This document shows positions 20,056 to 28,995 of a stretch of 64,000 bases of DNA, in pieces; position 1 is the first letter of the stretch, and each line of letters begins with the position of its first letter. Source of the DNA: Candidatus Babeliales bacterium (GTDB lineage Bacteria > Babelota > Babeliae > Babelales > Vermiphilaceae); NCBI GenBank assembly GCA_963743635.1, contig CAVUQO010000003.1, forward strand, positions 256,001 through 320,000, given 5' to 3'. Below the pieces are notes generated by a model, which was not told where the DNA came from, ran no database searches, and saw nothing but the letters and a program-made list of their open reading frames with translations. The position numbers were made by a program, and so were the translations under genes.

Positions 20056-20436
20056 TTATTTCATGATGTTTGGTCTGCAGTCTTGCAATGCTTTGAGTGC
20101 GTGGCGCGTATTGGGGATGCAGTGTGAAGGGCATGAGTTTGCGCAGGTAAGTTCTTCATTGTCCCGAAAATCCTTACTCCAAATGAATTTACCGCAGCAG
20201 AGTCCACCAGAAAGATCATTGATCAGGCATGCTGCTGCAGTTGGTATTGTTGCCATAGTCCAGCAGCAGGTAACGCATGTTTTTGCGGCAATATCGGTGC
20301 ACTGAGTTGCTCGAGGATGTGTATTTGGGTATTGGGAGTGTGTGGAGTGATTATGCAAGGAAGTCATCTGTATTTCCATGCATAAGAGTGGGGGTGTAAA
20401 GAGTCCGGTAATCAGTAAGAATAGCGACTTTTTCAT
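20056..20436 (-). CDS. Hypothetical secreted Cys-rich protein
   Basis: MKKSLF...LLC-ME leader; Cys-rich C-terminal half. Confidence 0.7.
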   Translation of the reverse strand: MKKSLFLLITGLFTPPLLCMEIQMTSLHNHSTHSQYPNTHPRATQCTDIAAKTCVTCCWTMATIPTAAACLINDLSGGLCCGKFIWSKDFRDNEELTCANSCPSHCIPNTRHALKALQDCRPNIMK

Positions 20437-20580
20437 TCTGAATCCTTTCACTATGAACAATCTGATGCATTGAGCATACTATTCTTGGGTGGATGAATGA
20501 AAATAGATAGAAAGAGCGCGCGGTATTTATTGTACTGCGCGCTCTTTCTAATAATGGAGAGATTGTGAGATTACTTTGGT

Positions 20581-20645
20581 CCCGTTCTTTCTTATCATTC
20601 GATAAATTATTCGACTTCGTCCCATAACATCTCACGATGAACGGG
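20581..20645. repeat. Degenerate family I repeat
   Basis: ATCATTCGATAAA...TTCGACTTCG...CTCACGATGAACGGG. Confidence 0.55.
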
Positions 20646-20679
20646 TTTTATAGATTCTTATCCTAGCGCGAATTTCGAT

Positions 20680-21840
20680 TTAAGAGGTTAGGTAATTGAT
20701 TGTCTCTAATTTGTATAGTATTTTATTGTACCACTTATTCATTTTTTGCAGATTAAGACGCGCAGTTGTAGCAACTTCAAGATCATCTTCTTGATCAGCT
20801 GCCGCGTTCAAGTATTGTTGAGCTAGCTCGCAGGCGCGGGTTGATGGCTCAACAAGATTGTAATACAAACATCCAAGCTGTAAGTTGGCGCGACATACGT
20901 CTGCAGGGCGTGCTTCTGGATTATTGATGATATGCGAATAATCGCTCGCTGCCCTATGAAGATAAAACTCCGTAAGAACTTGCAATTGAGCTGAATCGAT
21001 TGGCACGTTTTGATGGCGATATATCCCAAGGATAATATGGGCCATCTGCGAAGATAATGGAGATCCAGGACCGGCCTCATCCATTATTTGCTTATAATAT
21101 TCGATTGCATCACGAATATTCCATTCTCCTCGTTCTCCAGTACGGCACATCATTGCCATTATTTGCTTTGCCGTCACTGCTACAGTACGATCAATAGGTT
21201 GTTGAGCAAGTTGTGCATAGCATTCATATGCTTTTTCTGGATTCAGCTTTCGCAGTTGGCGAGCACGCTGATATTCTTGCTTGATTCGATTCTCATAAAA
21301 GATTTCTTTCCATTGTTTGTTGGGATCTGGGAGCATTGAAAAATCATGGTAGGAGCCATTATGCGTAAAAGCATCTTTAAATGCTTTATTGAGCATAAAA
21401 TAATCAATGGACAGTATCGGCAGCGTATTTACTGGATTTTTATATTCCCTTGAAGGCTTAAACTCAGGGCGTCCATAACCCCCAAGCCAATCATTGAGAG
21501 TGTTAGCATCATAATAGTGCACATATTGCTTTTGATTTTTTGTATCATATGTTTCGACGCGCGCCATTAGATAGCTATGGCCGAGATCATGCTCATTTTT
21601 AATCAGCTCGTGAAAGGGCGTGTGTGTGAAAGTTTCCCTTTCATCCATTTCAAGCAATTCATAGAGTTGAATATCGCCACGATTTTGTTTTGGCAGAACA
21701 ATGATTTTATTCTCCATCTGGTGGTCATTATTATCCACATGATTATCTATATGACGATGATAGGTGCGGCCAAAACAGTCCATACCCATCAATGATAGGG
21801 AGGAGCTGGTTGCGAGCAGTAATAATAAAATTCGTTTCAT
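20680..21840 (-). CDS. Secreted protein with the shared ARV/HYxDA/NP domain and Sel1/TPR-like repeats
   Basis: Signal ...LMG-MD; shared domain in the N-terminal half; helical repeats (AIEYY, LGCLYY, YLNAAADQEDD). Confidence 0.75.
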   Translation of the reverse strand: MKRILLLLLATSSSLSLMGMDCFGRTYHRHIDNHVDNNDHQMENKIIVLPKQNRGDIQLYELLEMDERETFTHTPFHELIKNEHDLGHSYLMARVETYDTKNQKQYVHYYDANTLNDWLGGYGRPEFKPSREYKNPVNTLPILSIDYFMLNKAFKDAFTHNGSYHDFSMLPDPNKQWKEIFYENRIKQEYQRARQLRKLNPEKAYECYAQLAQQPIDRTVAVTAKQIMAMMCRTGERGEWNIRDAIEYYKQIMDEAGPGSPLSSQMAHIILGIYRHQNVPIDSAQLQVLTEFYLHRAASDYSHIINNPEARPADVCRANLQLGCLYYNLVEPSTRACELAQQYLNAAADQEDDLEVATTARLNLQKMNKWYNKILYKLETINYLTS

Positions 21841-21849
21841 AAGAGTCCC

Positions 21850-22599
21850 TTATATATTTTTTAATCCGCCGTCTTCAGCCCATTTTTTAAAGTAGAGCGC
21901 GCGGCGGTACGGGTTTGGATGCGTTGCATTTTCAATAGTTTTTATAAGTTCTGAATTATTACTGCGGAATATCGCGAGTACGCTCGCGATCAAATCGCGC
22001 TGTTGAGGATCTTGTTCATTGAGCCATTCTTGCTGTAACTCTTTATACTCTCGATCGCCATCTTTCATGGAATAGTGATATTGATTTAAACAAAGATCAG
22101 GAAATCGTTTTAAACCAGCGTCAGCTCGTTCTTCAAGGCTGCGATTTAATGTTAATAGAGCATTTGGGGTGTTTCCTGGATTCATGTCTCCCACGAAGGA
22201 AAAATTATCATTTTTAAGTTTTTGCGAATCCAGCTGAGCTCGGAGTAAGGTTATGCCATGATCTTCTTCCAGATGCGTATGTTCGTGTATCGTGTGCGCT
22301 GTTAATGTTTTTAAATCACTGCTTTGAATTAATCTATCAAAGTACTCTTGATCGAATATGATATGTTTCGAAACAGTAGTTAAGGTTGACTTATCAATGT
22401 TATGCACAAAGTGTGCCGGAGATTGAGTTTGTTTCATAAGGCCAGGGTGAGCCGTAATTGGATATTTACAGATAAAGCCATAGGCGTTTGCTGCAAATGA
22501 TTGTAGTCGGGCAATTGCCTGTGGGTTTGCGTGCGTGGCGCTGGTCAATAGACTTGCGGCTACAAAAATGCTGAGTGTGATAGTTTTAATGTTCATCAT
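21850..22599 (-). CDS. Secreted HExxH (M48-like) metalloprotease
   Basis: Signal peptide; IHEHTH, EERAD and THPNP..R motifs. Confidence 0.65.
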   Translation of the reverse strand: MMNIKTITLSIFVAASLLTSATHANPQAIARLQSFAANAYGFICKYPITAHPGLMKQTQSPAHFVHNIDKSTLTTVSKHIIFDQEYFDRLIQSSDLKTLTAHTIHEHTHLEEDHGITLLRAQLDSQKLKNDNFSFVGDMNPGNTPNALLTLNRSLEERADAGLKRFPDLCLNQYHYSMKDGDREYKELQQEWLNEQDPQQRDLIASVLAIFRSNNSELIKTIENATHPNPYRRALYFKKWAEDGGLKNI

Positions 22600-22612
22600 G
22601 ATATCCTCTCTG

Positions 22613-23404
22613 TTATTCCATAATTTGGTGTATGCGGATGGAGTAGTCGCGTATTGCATTACGCGTCAAGTTGCAACAACAATGTGGCGGCTGCACTTCG
22701 CTTTCATCTTCATCTTCATATTCATGGCGCCAGGCATAACCATAGTGCCTTGAGCAATCGTCGGGACATGATAGCATGTCGCATATGGCTGTGCATGGGA
22801 TCACAATAGGAGCAGTGCATAGGCAGCATGCTGCCTTCCATTTACTTTTTTTCGGGCGTGGAAATATTTTATTCCACGCGATATGGGGCCACCATGAATT
22901 TTTTCTGATTGCTTCATAAGACCCGAGGTGTGTGCATGTCATGTCTGGAGTATGACTGATGCGGAAAAAATCAATATCTCTTATTGGTAGATTATTGTTC
23001 GGATTCTTAAATTCTGTAGGGACTTTAAAAGCATCAAGATGATGTTTTCTGATAATCACATTTAATGCAACAGCATCATAATTATGGCGATAAATTTTAG
23101 GTGCGATTGCCTCTTTATTGGTATCGTCCGTATTTACTGGATCATCCTGCGAGGTCACGCGGGCTAAAATATAGTGTTTTCTTGCGGCATGCGCTGCCTT
23201 GATGAGCGTAGAAAAGCTTTCGCAGGTTAATGGTTCGTCCTCATTAATATCGAGCACTGTGCCAGGGTTAGGTTCATTAGGGCACGGGGGTAATGCAATG
23301 ATGTTTTGCGGTGCACTCAGTGGACTCAAGAGTACATCTGTCATGCCCCATAGTGGTGCATAGAGTGATGCGCATGCGGCGACTAACAATGCTATTCGTT
23401 GCAT
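22613..23404 (-). CDS. Secreted protein with the shared ARV/HYxDA/NP domain and Cys-rich tail
   Basis: Signal ...LWG-MT; EPLTCESF..LI...YILARV...HNYDAVALN...FKNP.NNLPI. Confidence 0.72.
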   Translation of the reverse strand: MQRIALLVAACASLYAPLWGMTDVLLSPLSAPQNIIALPPCPNEPNPGTVLDINEDEPLTCESFSTLIKAAHAARKHYILARVTSQDDPVNTDDTNKEAIAPKIYRHNYDAVALNVIIRKHHLDAFKVPTEFKNPNNNLPIRDIDFFRISHTPDMTCTHLGSYEAIRKNSWWPHIAWNKIFPRPKKSKWKAACCLCTAPIVIPCTAICDMLSCPDDCSRHYGYAWRHEYEDEDESEVQPPHCCCNLTRNAIRDYSIRIHQIME

Positions 23405-23432
23405 AAGGTTTCTTCCTTTTTCAATAAGTCGA

Positions 23433-23867
23433 TTATTGACGATTGTTTTGCACCGAATTTATGAGCTTTCTTGTTAACGGGCAGGTACCAAAATTCCTGC
23501 ATGCTTGTTCGGGCAGAGAAGCATTATCATAATCACCTGGAAAGACCTCACAATTTTGGGTATCGCAGCAAAATAGGCACCATCCAAGAGTCGCGAGAAC
23601 AGGAACCGCAAGTAACGCAGCATCGCCAGCAAGATGACATGGCAGGCACGTGATTTTTGCATAACGGCACGCGTTATTGACGTTGTTTGTTGCGGCCTCT
23701 TCAGTATGCATAGAGCGGGCCTTTGGGAGTTCCGGGTTGCGCTGAGGATAATGGGCCGTTGATATTTCATGTATAGGCATAATTTTATTGTCCATAGCCA
23801 CGATTGGAGCTGCACAGTTTAGTGCAACAATAAGCGTCATAAGATTCATATTTATTTGGTTTTTCAT
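23433..23867 (-). CDS. Hypothetical secreted Cys-rich protein with TM segment
   Basis: Leader ...IVA-MD; WCLFCC. Confidence 0.68.
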   Translation of the reverse strand: MKNQINMNLMTLIVALNCAAPIVAMDNKIMPIHEISTAHYPQRNPELPKARSMHTEEAATNNVNNACRYAKITCLPCHLAGDAALLAVPVLATLGWCLFCCDTQNCEVFPGDYDNASLPEQACRNFGTCPLTRKLINSVQNNRQ

Positions 23868-23923
23868 GGTTTTCCTTTTCTAAGAAAGTGTATTTTTTTA
23901 CCTTATATATTTTTAATCCATTG

Positions 23924-24613
23924 TTAGAATGGGCAGTGATTACTGGCGCAGATTATTGTTAAAAAGAGGCCACCACCAAAAATGCCTCCAGCAGTCATAC
24001 TGATTGCTAGTGCTTGCCACCTGGGCATTTGATAGCCGAAAAATCTTTGATTTTCAACATCTCTTTCAGGTATGCGAGGATTTTCGATAACTATAGGCTC
24101 TGGAAAAAGCGTATTCCACTCTGCAAGAGTTTTTCTTCCTTCTGCAAAATCATTGTACGAGCATTTATAGGTACACACGTTATTTTTACCGATTGCAAAG
24201 TAATGAGCATTGCCGATGGGGTCTTGCGTGATTGGATTGTTATATGTCAGCGATGGGCGAAAAGCAACGGCATTATTGGGCTTTAGTATTGCATTCAAGC
24301 TTTTGGCATCGAAACAATGCGTGTGTCCATTTGATTCATTATCGACGCGCGCTATTAAGTAATCCTTGCCTGCTGCATGCGCTTCGCTGATTAATTCGGC
24401 AAAGGGTGCAACCGTTAAACTTTCTGTGTCAGCAGTATTCAGGCTATAGTCGCTATCTTGAGCATTACGTTTAGGTACTGTGATGGTGCTTGGGATATTC
24501 TCTTGAACCACAGGTTGAGCGTTAAGCGCTGTCAGAGGAATGACCTGATTGTGCATACCAAAGACTGGCGCTGCAAGAGTGATTGCTATAGTGAGTGTTA
24601 GTATCTTTTTCAT
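23924..24613 (-). CDS. Secreted protein with the shared ARV/HYxDA/NP domain and C-terminal TM helix
   Basis: Signal ...VFG-MH; ESLTVAPFAELI...YLIARV...HCFDAKSLN...YNNPITQDPI. Confidence 0.72.
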   Translation of the reverse strand: MKKILTLTIAITLAAPVFGMHNQVIPLTALNAQPVVQENIPSTITVPKRNAQDSDYSLNTADTESLTVAPFAELISEAHAAGKDYLIARVDNESNGHTHCFDAKSLNAILKPNNAVAFRPSLTYNNPITQDPIGNAHYFAIGKNNVCTYKCSYNDFAEGRKTLAEWNTLFPEPIVIENPRIPERDVENQRFFGYQMPRWQALAISMTAGGIFGGGLFLTIICASNHCPF

Positions 24614-24742
24614 TATATCTCCATTTTGGGGTTAATATTATACATTTGTAACTTTTGGGTAATCCGGTGGTGAGCGGCCATTTGGCAATATTAAAGGGGT
24701 AAAGTATCCTTTATTCTTGCCGCTTTATAGCTTCATACCTAT

Positions 24743-24770
24743 AGTCTAACATATGCGCATATTATTTCAA
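24743..24770 (-). promoter_or_regulatory. Sigma70-type promoter for the secreted-gene cluster starting at 24613
   Basis: Minus strand TTGAAA-16 nt-TAGACT. Confidence 0.5.
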
Positions 24771-24840
24771 GTGGAAAATATAAACAGGGTAAAACAGCCT
24801 ACAAAGGCACCCCTTGCTGGGGATGGACGAGGCTATTTGA

Positions 24841-25353
24841 CTATTTTGGCTGGGGGATGGCCTTGATAATGACCAAGAGATGGCTCTTTTGCCCATTTTG
24901 GACCGTTTTGAGGGATGTCAGGGCCAGGGTGCCAAATACCTGTTTTTGATTGAGGGCTGCCAGGCATTCCTGGGCGCGTTGCCGGGAAGGGGCCAGGAGG
25001 GTCAGGTTGTGATTGCCATCTTGGGCAATAACGCATTCATGTAGCTGGATATCCTGCGCAAGAATGGCATTAAGGGCGGCTAATTGCTGATGGGTTATTT
25101 TTTTGCTGTTTGCACGCTGTTGGCTCTCTTTTTGTTGCGTTTGCAGTTGAGTATATTCTTGTGCGAGGGATTGTTGGGATATATATGATTTTTGGTTGTG
25201 CATGACGTGCTGGTACGTGCGCCATTGCATGATATAGGCGCTGCACATGCCGATGAGCATGAGCATAATAAGGATGCATGAAATGGTATACCAGCGGGCG
25301 AGTTGCAGTTCGGCGTACGGTGTATAAGGATTTGCAAAATTTATCTTATCCAT
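24841..25353 (-). CDS. Membrane-anchored protein, possibly a divergent PilN-like assembly protein
   Basis: KINF N-terminal motif, one TM helix, a coiled coil and a small alpha/beta domain; coupled to the upstream gene. Family call is tentative. Confidence 0.45.
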   Translation of the reverse strand: MDKINFANPYTPYAELQLARWYTISCILIMLMLIGMCSAYIMQWRTYQHVMHNQKSYISQQSLAQEYTQLQTQQKESQQRANSKKITHQQLAALNAILAQDIQLHECVIAQDGNHNLTLLAPSRQRAQECLAALNQKQVFGTLALTSLKTVQNGQKSHLLVIIKAIPQPK

Positions 25354-26050
25354 GACTGTTTCCAATAATAAAAAGGCCAAGCGCCGTTCTAATGAAAGGC
25401 AGTTCATCATCGTTTTTATAGTGTAGTGGAATAGTGATCATGCGAGCAAGTATGTCGCGATTTAAGAGATTATTCCAGTGATGATTATGACTTGCAAGGG
25501 TTTGCGCGAGATGTACACGCCGAAATGCGGGGCCCTGCATTTTTTTGTACAGATTCAGATGCGCATACCAAGAGCTCGTGAGTGTACTCACGTTCAGATT
25601 GGCCATGCGAGCGAGTATGTGATATTGCAAGAGTAGTTCGCGCGGTATTCCGCAGGCGTAAAACGTGTGCAGTGCATGATCAGTAGGGTACAAATAACAG
25701 GAATCCCAAATAAGTGGATCGGGTGATTCTTGAAGCAGCATGGTAGCTGAAAGTGTTGGTTCTGGTGCGCGCATGATGAGTTCTGTAATCCCAGGGCCAT
25801 TTAAAGCACAGGAAACAAAGGCGTTTTGTGCGTCATGGGCTTTAATGAATGCGGCAATTGATTGGCTGATGGTGCTCATGTTATAAAAGCGCAGGCGCAA
25901 CATTTCTTGGTGTGTGAGGGTGTAACGTTGATAGGCGGTTAAGGCGTACGGAGCTGCGCCCGATGAGGGGCTGATGATGCTGCAGCTGAATGCCTGCTGA
26001 TCAAAGGTGATAAGCAGATGGCGGTCACGAATGAGATGCCCGACTATCAT
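25346..26050 (-). CDS. Hypothetical cytoplasmic protein, possibly a divergent PilM-like partner
   Basis: Overlaps both neighbours; ends ...ALGL as PilM-like proteins do. Family call is tentative. Confidence 0.45.
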   Translation of the reverse strand: MIVGHLIRDRHLLITFDQQAFSCSIISPSSGAAPYALTAYQRYTLTHQEMLRLRFYNMSTISQSIAAFIKAHDAQNAFVSCALNGPGITELIMRAPEPTLSATMLLQESPDPLIWDSCYLYPTDHALHTFYACGIPRELLLQYHILARMANLNVSTLTSSWYAHLNLYKKMQGPAFRRVHLAQTLASHNHHWNNLLNRDILARMITIPLHYKNDDELPFIRTALGLFIIGNSHG

Positions 26051-26936
26051 AACGTCTCCCGACAACAATACGATCTTTACCTTCTAAATCTTTAATAATC
26101 TGCGTGTCGTGATATCCCGCATTATCCATAAGTTTTTTAACGATTGGACCTTGGGCGTATCCGATTTCGATAATGAGCTGGGGAATTTTGTGTTGCTCGA
26201 GCGCATTATTGGGTTTTAAAAAGCGTGGTGCAGATTCAATAATCCGCTCAATGATTGCGAGGCCATGATCGCTTGCCACCAGCGCCTTTTTATCTTCCCA
26301 ATGGGTGACCGAAACATCGAGGGTACACCATTCATCTTCCGCAATATAGGGCGGATTGGAAACAATAAGATCAAATTGTGCGCCTTGGGGCAGCGCATTA
26401 TATAAATCTGATTTAATGCAGGTGACGTTAGTGACGTTATTATGGTTGGCATTTTCTTGCGTGAGTAGCAGTGCTGACGTTGCGATATCGATGGCAGTAA
26501 TGGTAGCGTAGGGAAATGTTTTGGCGAGTGCAACGGCAATGCAGCCGCTGCCGGTGCATAAATCAAGAATGACCAGCGACCCTTCCTCAGGATGAGCGGA
26601 ACGCAACTGATCAATGAGATTGCAGGTCCATTCTTCTGTTTCAGGGCGTGGAATAAGTGTTGGCGGTTTGACGATGATATCGACATCATTGAACGGCACG
26701 CTGCCCAAAATATATTGGATTGGCATGTGTTCATCGACAAGCTTATGTAGCCAGTCTTGTAATTTATTATGATCGGATGTGGATAAGGGGATGGTCTCTT
26801 GCACAATGAGTTGTGCCTTTGGTTTACCGGTTAATTTTTCCAGTAACCACCATGCATATTGATGACATTCCGTTGCGTCAGGATAGACCATACGCAACTG
26901 GTGTTCGCTATTGTGAATAAGATCGATAACTTTCAT
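26025..26936 (-). CDS. prmC: Release factor glutamine methyltransferase PrmC/HemK
   Basis: PIQYILG, LIPRPETE, LDLCTGSGCIA and SNPPY motifs. Confidence 0.96.
   Translation of the reverse strand: MKVIDLIHNSEHQLRMVYPDATECHQYAWWLLEKLTGKPKAQLIVQETIPLSTSDHNKLQDWLHKLVDEHMPIQYILGSVPFNDVDIIVKPPTLIPRPETEEWTCNLIDQLRSAHPEEGSLVILDLCTGSGCIAVALAKTFPYATITAIDIATSALLLTQENANHNNVTNVTCIKSDLYNALPQGAQFDLIVSNPPYIAEDEWCTLDVSVTHWEDKKALVASDHGLAIIERIIESAPRFLKPNNALEQHKIPQLIIEIGYAQGPIVKKLMDNAGYHDTQIIKDLEGKDRIVVGRRYDSRASHS
26576..26601. repeat. Collapsed family I repeat in frame in prmC
   Basis: GCGACCCTTCCTCAGGATGAGCGGAA matches the mutL copy (reverse complement of 18095-18127) minus GACTTCG; encodes RSAHPEEGS. Confidence 0.65.
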
Positions 26937-27034
26937 GACCCCATCGTAGCATGGTCAAAAGGGGATTGCTAGTTTTTAAGTGCGCGTTGCGCATAAGTGG
27001 ATAAAAATGCGAGCTATAGGCGATTGTCCTGGTT

Positions 27035-27181
27035 TTAAACACCAAAGAATGATGAAAACCATTGAGTCCATGTAAATACTGGTGTGCCATTTCTCATAAG
27101 ATTCGGCGTATCTTTCGTAGTATTTGGATCGACGTCTTTGCGACATTGCTCGAGCGCTTCTTGCATGAAAATATTACGTTC
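27035..27181 (-). pseudogene. Orphan 3' fragment of a sixth array paralog
   Basis: Reads ERNIFMQEALEQCRKDVDPNTTKDTPNLMRNGTPVFTWTQWFSSFFGV*, matching the tail of 28996-30015; out of frame with 27174-28076. Confidence 0.85.
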
Positions 27182-28076
27182 GTTCAAATTCTCCTCCTAA
27201 GATTTGCGTAATGCCCTCTAAGACACGCTGATTCTTTGCGATATTTTGAACATAGAGATCATCTGTAAATTCTTGGTGCTGATTTGCGCCTTTAAGGGCG
27301 CTATATATTAGAGCGATGCTTTCGTCATGTGTAGGGTACTTATCACTGCCCCGTCTTTTACTGCCAAGGCCATCTTGTGAAAGATCAATCAGAATTTTTA
27401 ATTTGTCCTTTAGAGATGCAGTATTATGAGTTGCCATAGTCTTATAAGATGTATAGTCCGCTTGATATTCGTAGTGTTGGTAGGTCGCGGGATCATTGCG
27501 TCTCCTAAATTCATTGCGGTCCCTAAATTCAATGGTAAGACATGATAACGCGCTTGTTAATGCCACTACCTCGGGGGGGGTGCCAGATGTGCCTGCTAAA
27601 TACCATGGTATTACCAATAAACCGAAGTTTAATAGAATTGAATGGTATCCATGCGAATGGTATATATGTCCGCATTCATGATAAATAGTGTCTATTGTGT
27701 TCGTAATGGAATGGATATTTTGATCGTGTAGCTTCAGTGCTTTTTGATTGAGTTTCACTCTTCCAGCGAGTCCACGCGTTGAGTCTGCCATTCCCAGGGG
27801 CGTTTCTCCTGGTTTCTCATCCGGTAGGCTCATGAAAATGACGGGTCTTATAATGCCCGTATGTTTCTTTGCTTCATAGCATTTTTTAAGCACGTCTGGC
27901 GAAAGACGCATGCGATCAGGTAAGCGTTCTGAAATATAGCGATCTGCGTGGCTCAGAAAGCTCGCTGCTTGGGTGGCACTTAATGTCGCAAGAAAGGCAA
28001 GCGGAGAAGCAGTTGTCGGCAAGGTATTGCCGAGCATTACGCTGGCAGCGATGAGTGATATAAATTTTTTGTTCAT
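27174..28076 (-). CDS. Secreted HExxH metalloprotease, array member 5 (divergent body, lacks the conserved tail)
   Basis: MNKKFISLIAAS leader; YHECGH, EYQAD and YPT motifs. Confidence 0.75.
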   Translation of the reverse strand: MNKKFISLIAASVMLGNTLPTTASPLAFLATLSATQAASFLSHADRYISERLPDRMRLSPDVLKKCYEAKKHTGIIRPVIFMSLPDEKPGETPLGMADSTRGLAGRVKLNQKALKLHDQNIHSITNTIDTIYHECGHIYHSHGYHSILLNFGLLVIPWYLAGTSGTPPEVVALTSALSCLTIEFRDRNEFRRRNDPATYQHYEYQADYTSYKTMATHNTASLKDKLKILIDLSQDGLGSKRRGSDKYPTHDESIALIYSALKGANQHQEFTDDLYVQNIAKNQRVLEGITQILGGEFERT

Positions 28077-28078
28077 GA

Positions 28079-28993
28079 TTATTTTCCCCCACCAAAGAAT
28101 GATGCGAACCATTGCGTCCACGTTGTGCCATTTCTCATAAGATTGGGCGTATCGGGACGCTCTGCGGGATTAATGCCTTTACATGCTTTTTCAGTCATAG
28201 CGATATATTCGCCAAGAGTTGGGTATATATCACCCCTAATTCGGTGAGAGTTTGGATATATATAAGACAAATATTTGTAATATTGATGTTGTTCTTCAAG
28301 AGCACTGCAGTACCCTAATTTCGAAAGCTTCTCAACAGCACCTTCCTCGGCTTCAGTTTCCCATTGTGACCGTCTCGATGTGTATTTGGCATACGCGGTA
28401 TCAATCGCTAATGTAAGCGCAAGACCCGCCAAGGCTGCTGGCTTTTTGAGTTTTCTGAAATCATGTTTCAAATTAATTGGAACTTCTGGTGGTGTCCCCG
28501 TTCGTATAGTTGTTGTTATGAATGTGGCGTACCATCTCAAATATTGGCACAATAGTCCCATGAATCCACAGGCAACTGCGCGTTGCATTCCTCCATGATT
28601 ACGCTCCGCATGCGTTAATTCATGAGCGATGGTAGTTGTGTTGGAATCCTTTGAGGAGTGTTTATTCATGTGGCCTTCATTAAGTTGTACTATTGCAAAT
28701 TGTAAGGGTCCAACGCCAGTACTCCATGCGCAGCCAGATATTTTAGGATCGTATGTTCTAGCACAAATAATAGGAATGTTAATTTTCAATTCTTCTTTCA
28801 TGTATTTGATTTCATCGCGGTATTCTTGAGATAAGCGCAATTTCTGCGGTAACATGCTCGAAATATATTCGTCGAGTGGTACAGATTCTGTTTTTGGCTT
28901 GCCAAAATAAAAGTTGTATCCAGCCATTGCATGAATGTTTGGTGCGGCGAGTATAATGCTGGCAGCGATGAGTGATATAAATTTTTTATTCAT
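28079..28993 (-). CDS. Secreted HExxH metalloprotease, array member 4
   Basis: AHELTH, ETEAE, YPT; conserved leader and TPNLMRNG..WTQWF.SFFGGGK tail. Confidence 0.78.
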   Translation of the reverse strand: MNKKFISLIAASIILAAPNIHAMAGYNFYFGKPKTESVPLDEYISSMLPQKLRLSQEYRDEIKYMKEELKINIPIICARTYDPKISGCAWSTGVGPLQFAIVQLNEGHMNKHSSKDSNTTTIAHELTHAERNHGGMQRAVACGFMGLLCQYLRWYATFITTTIRTGTPPEVPINLKHDFRKLKKPAALAGLALTLAIDTAYAKYTSRRSQWETEAEEGAVEKLSKLGYCSALEEQHQYYKYLSYIYPNSHRIRGDIYPTLGEYIAMTEKACKGINPAERPDTPNLMRNGTTWTQWFASFFGGGK

Positions 28994-28995
28994 GA

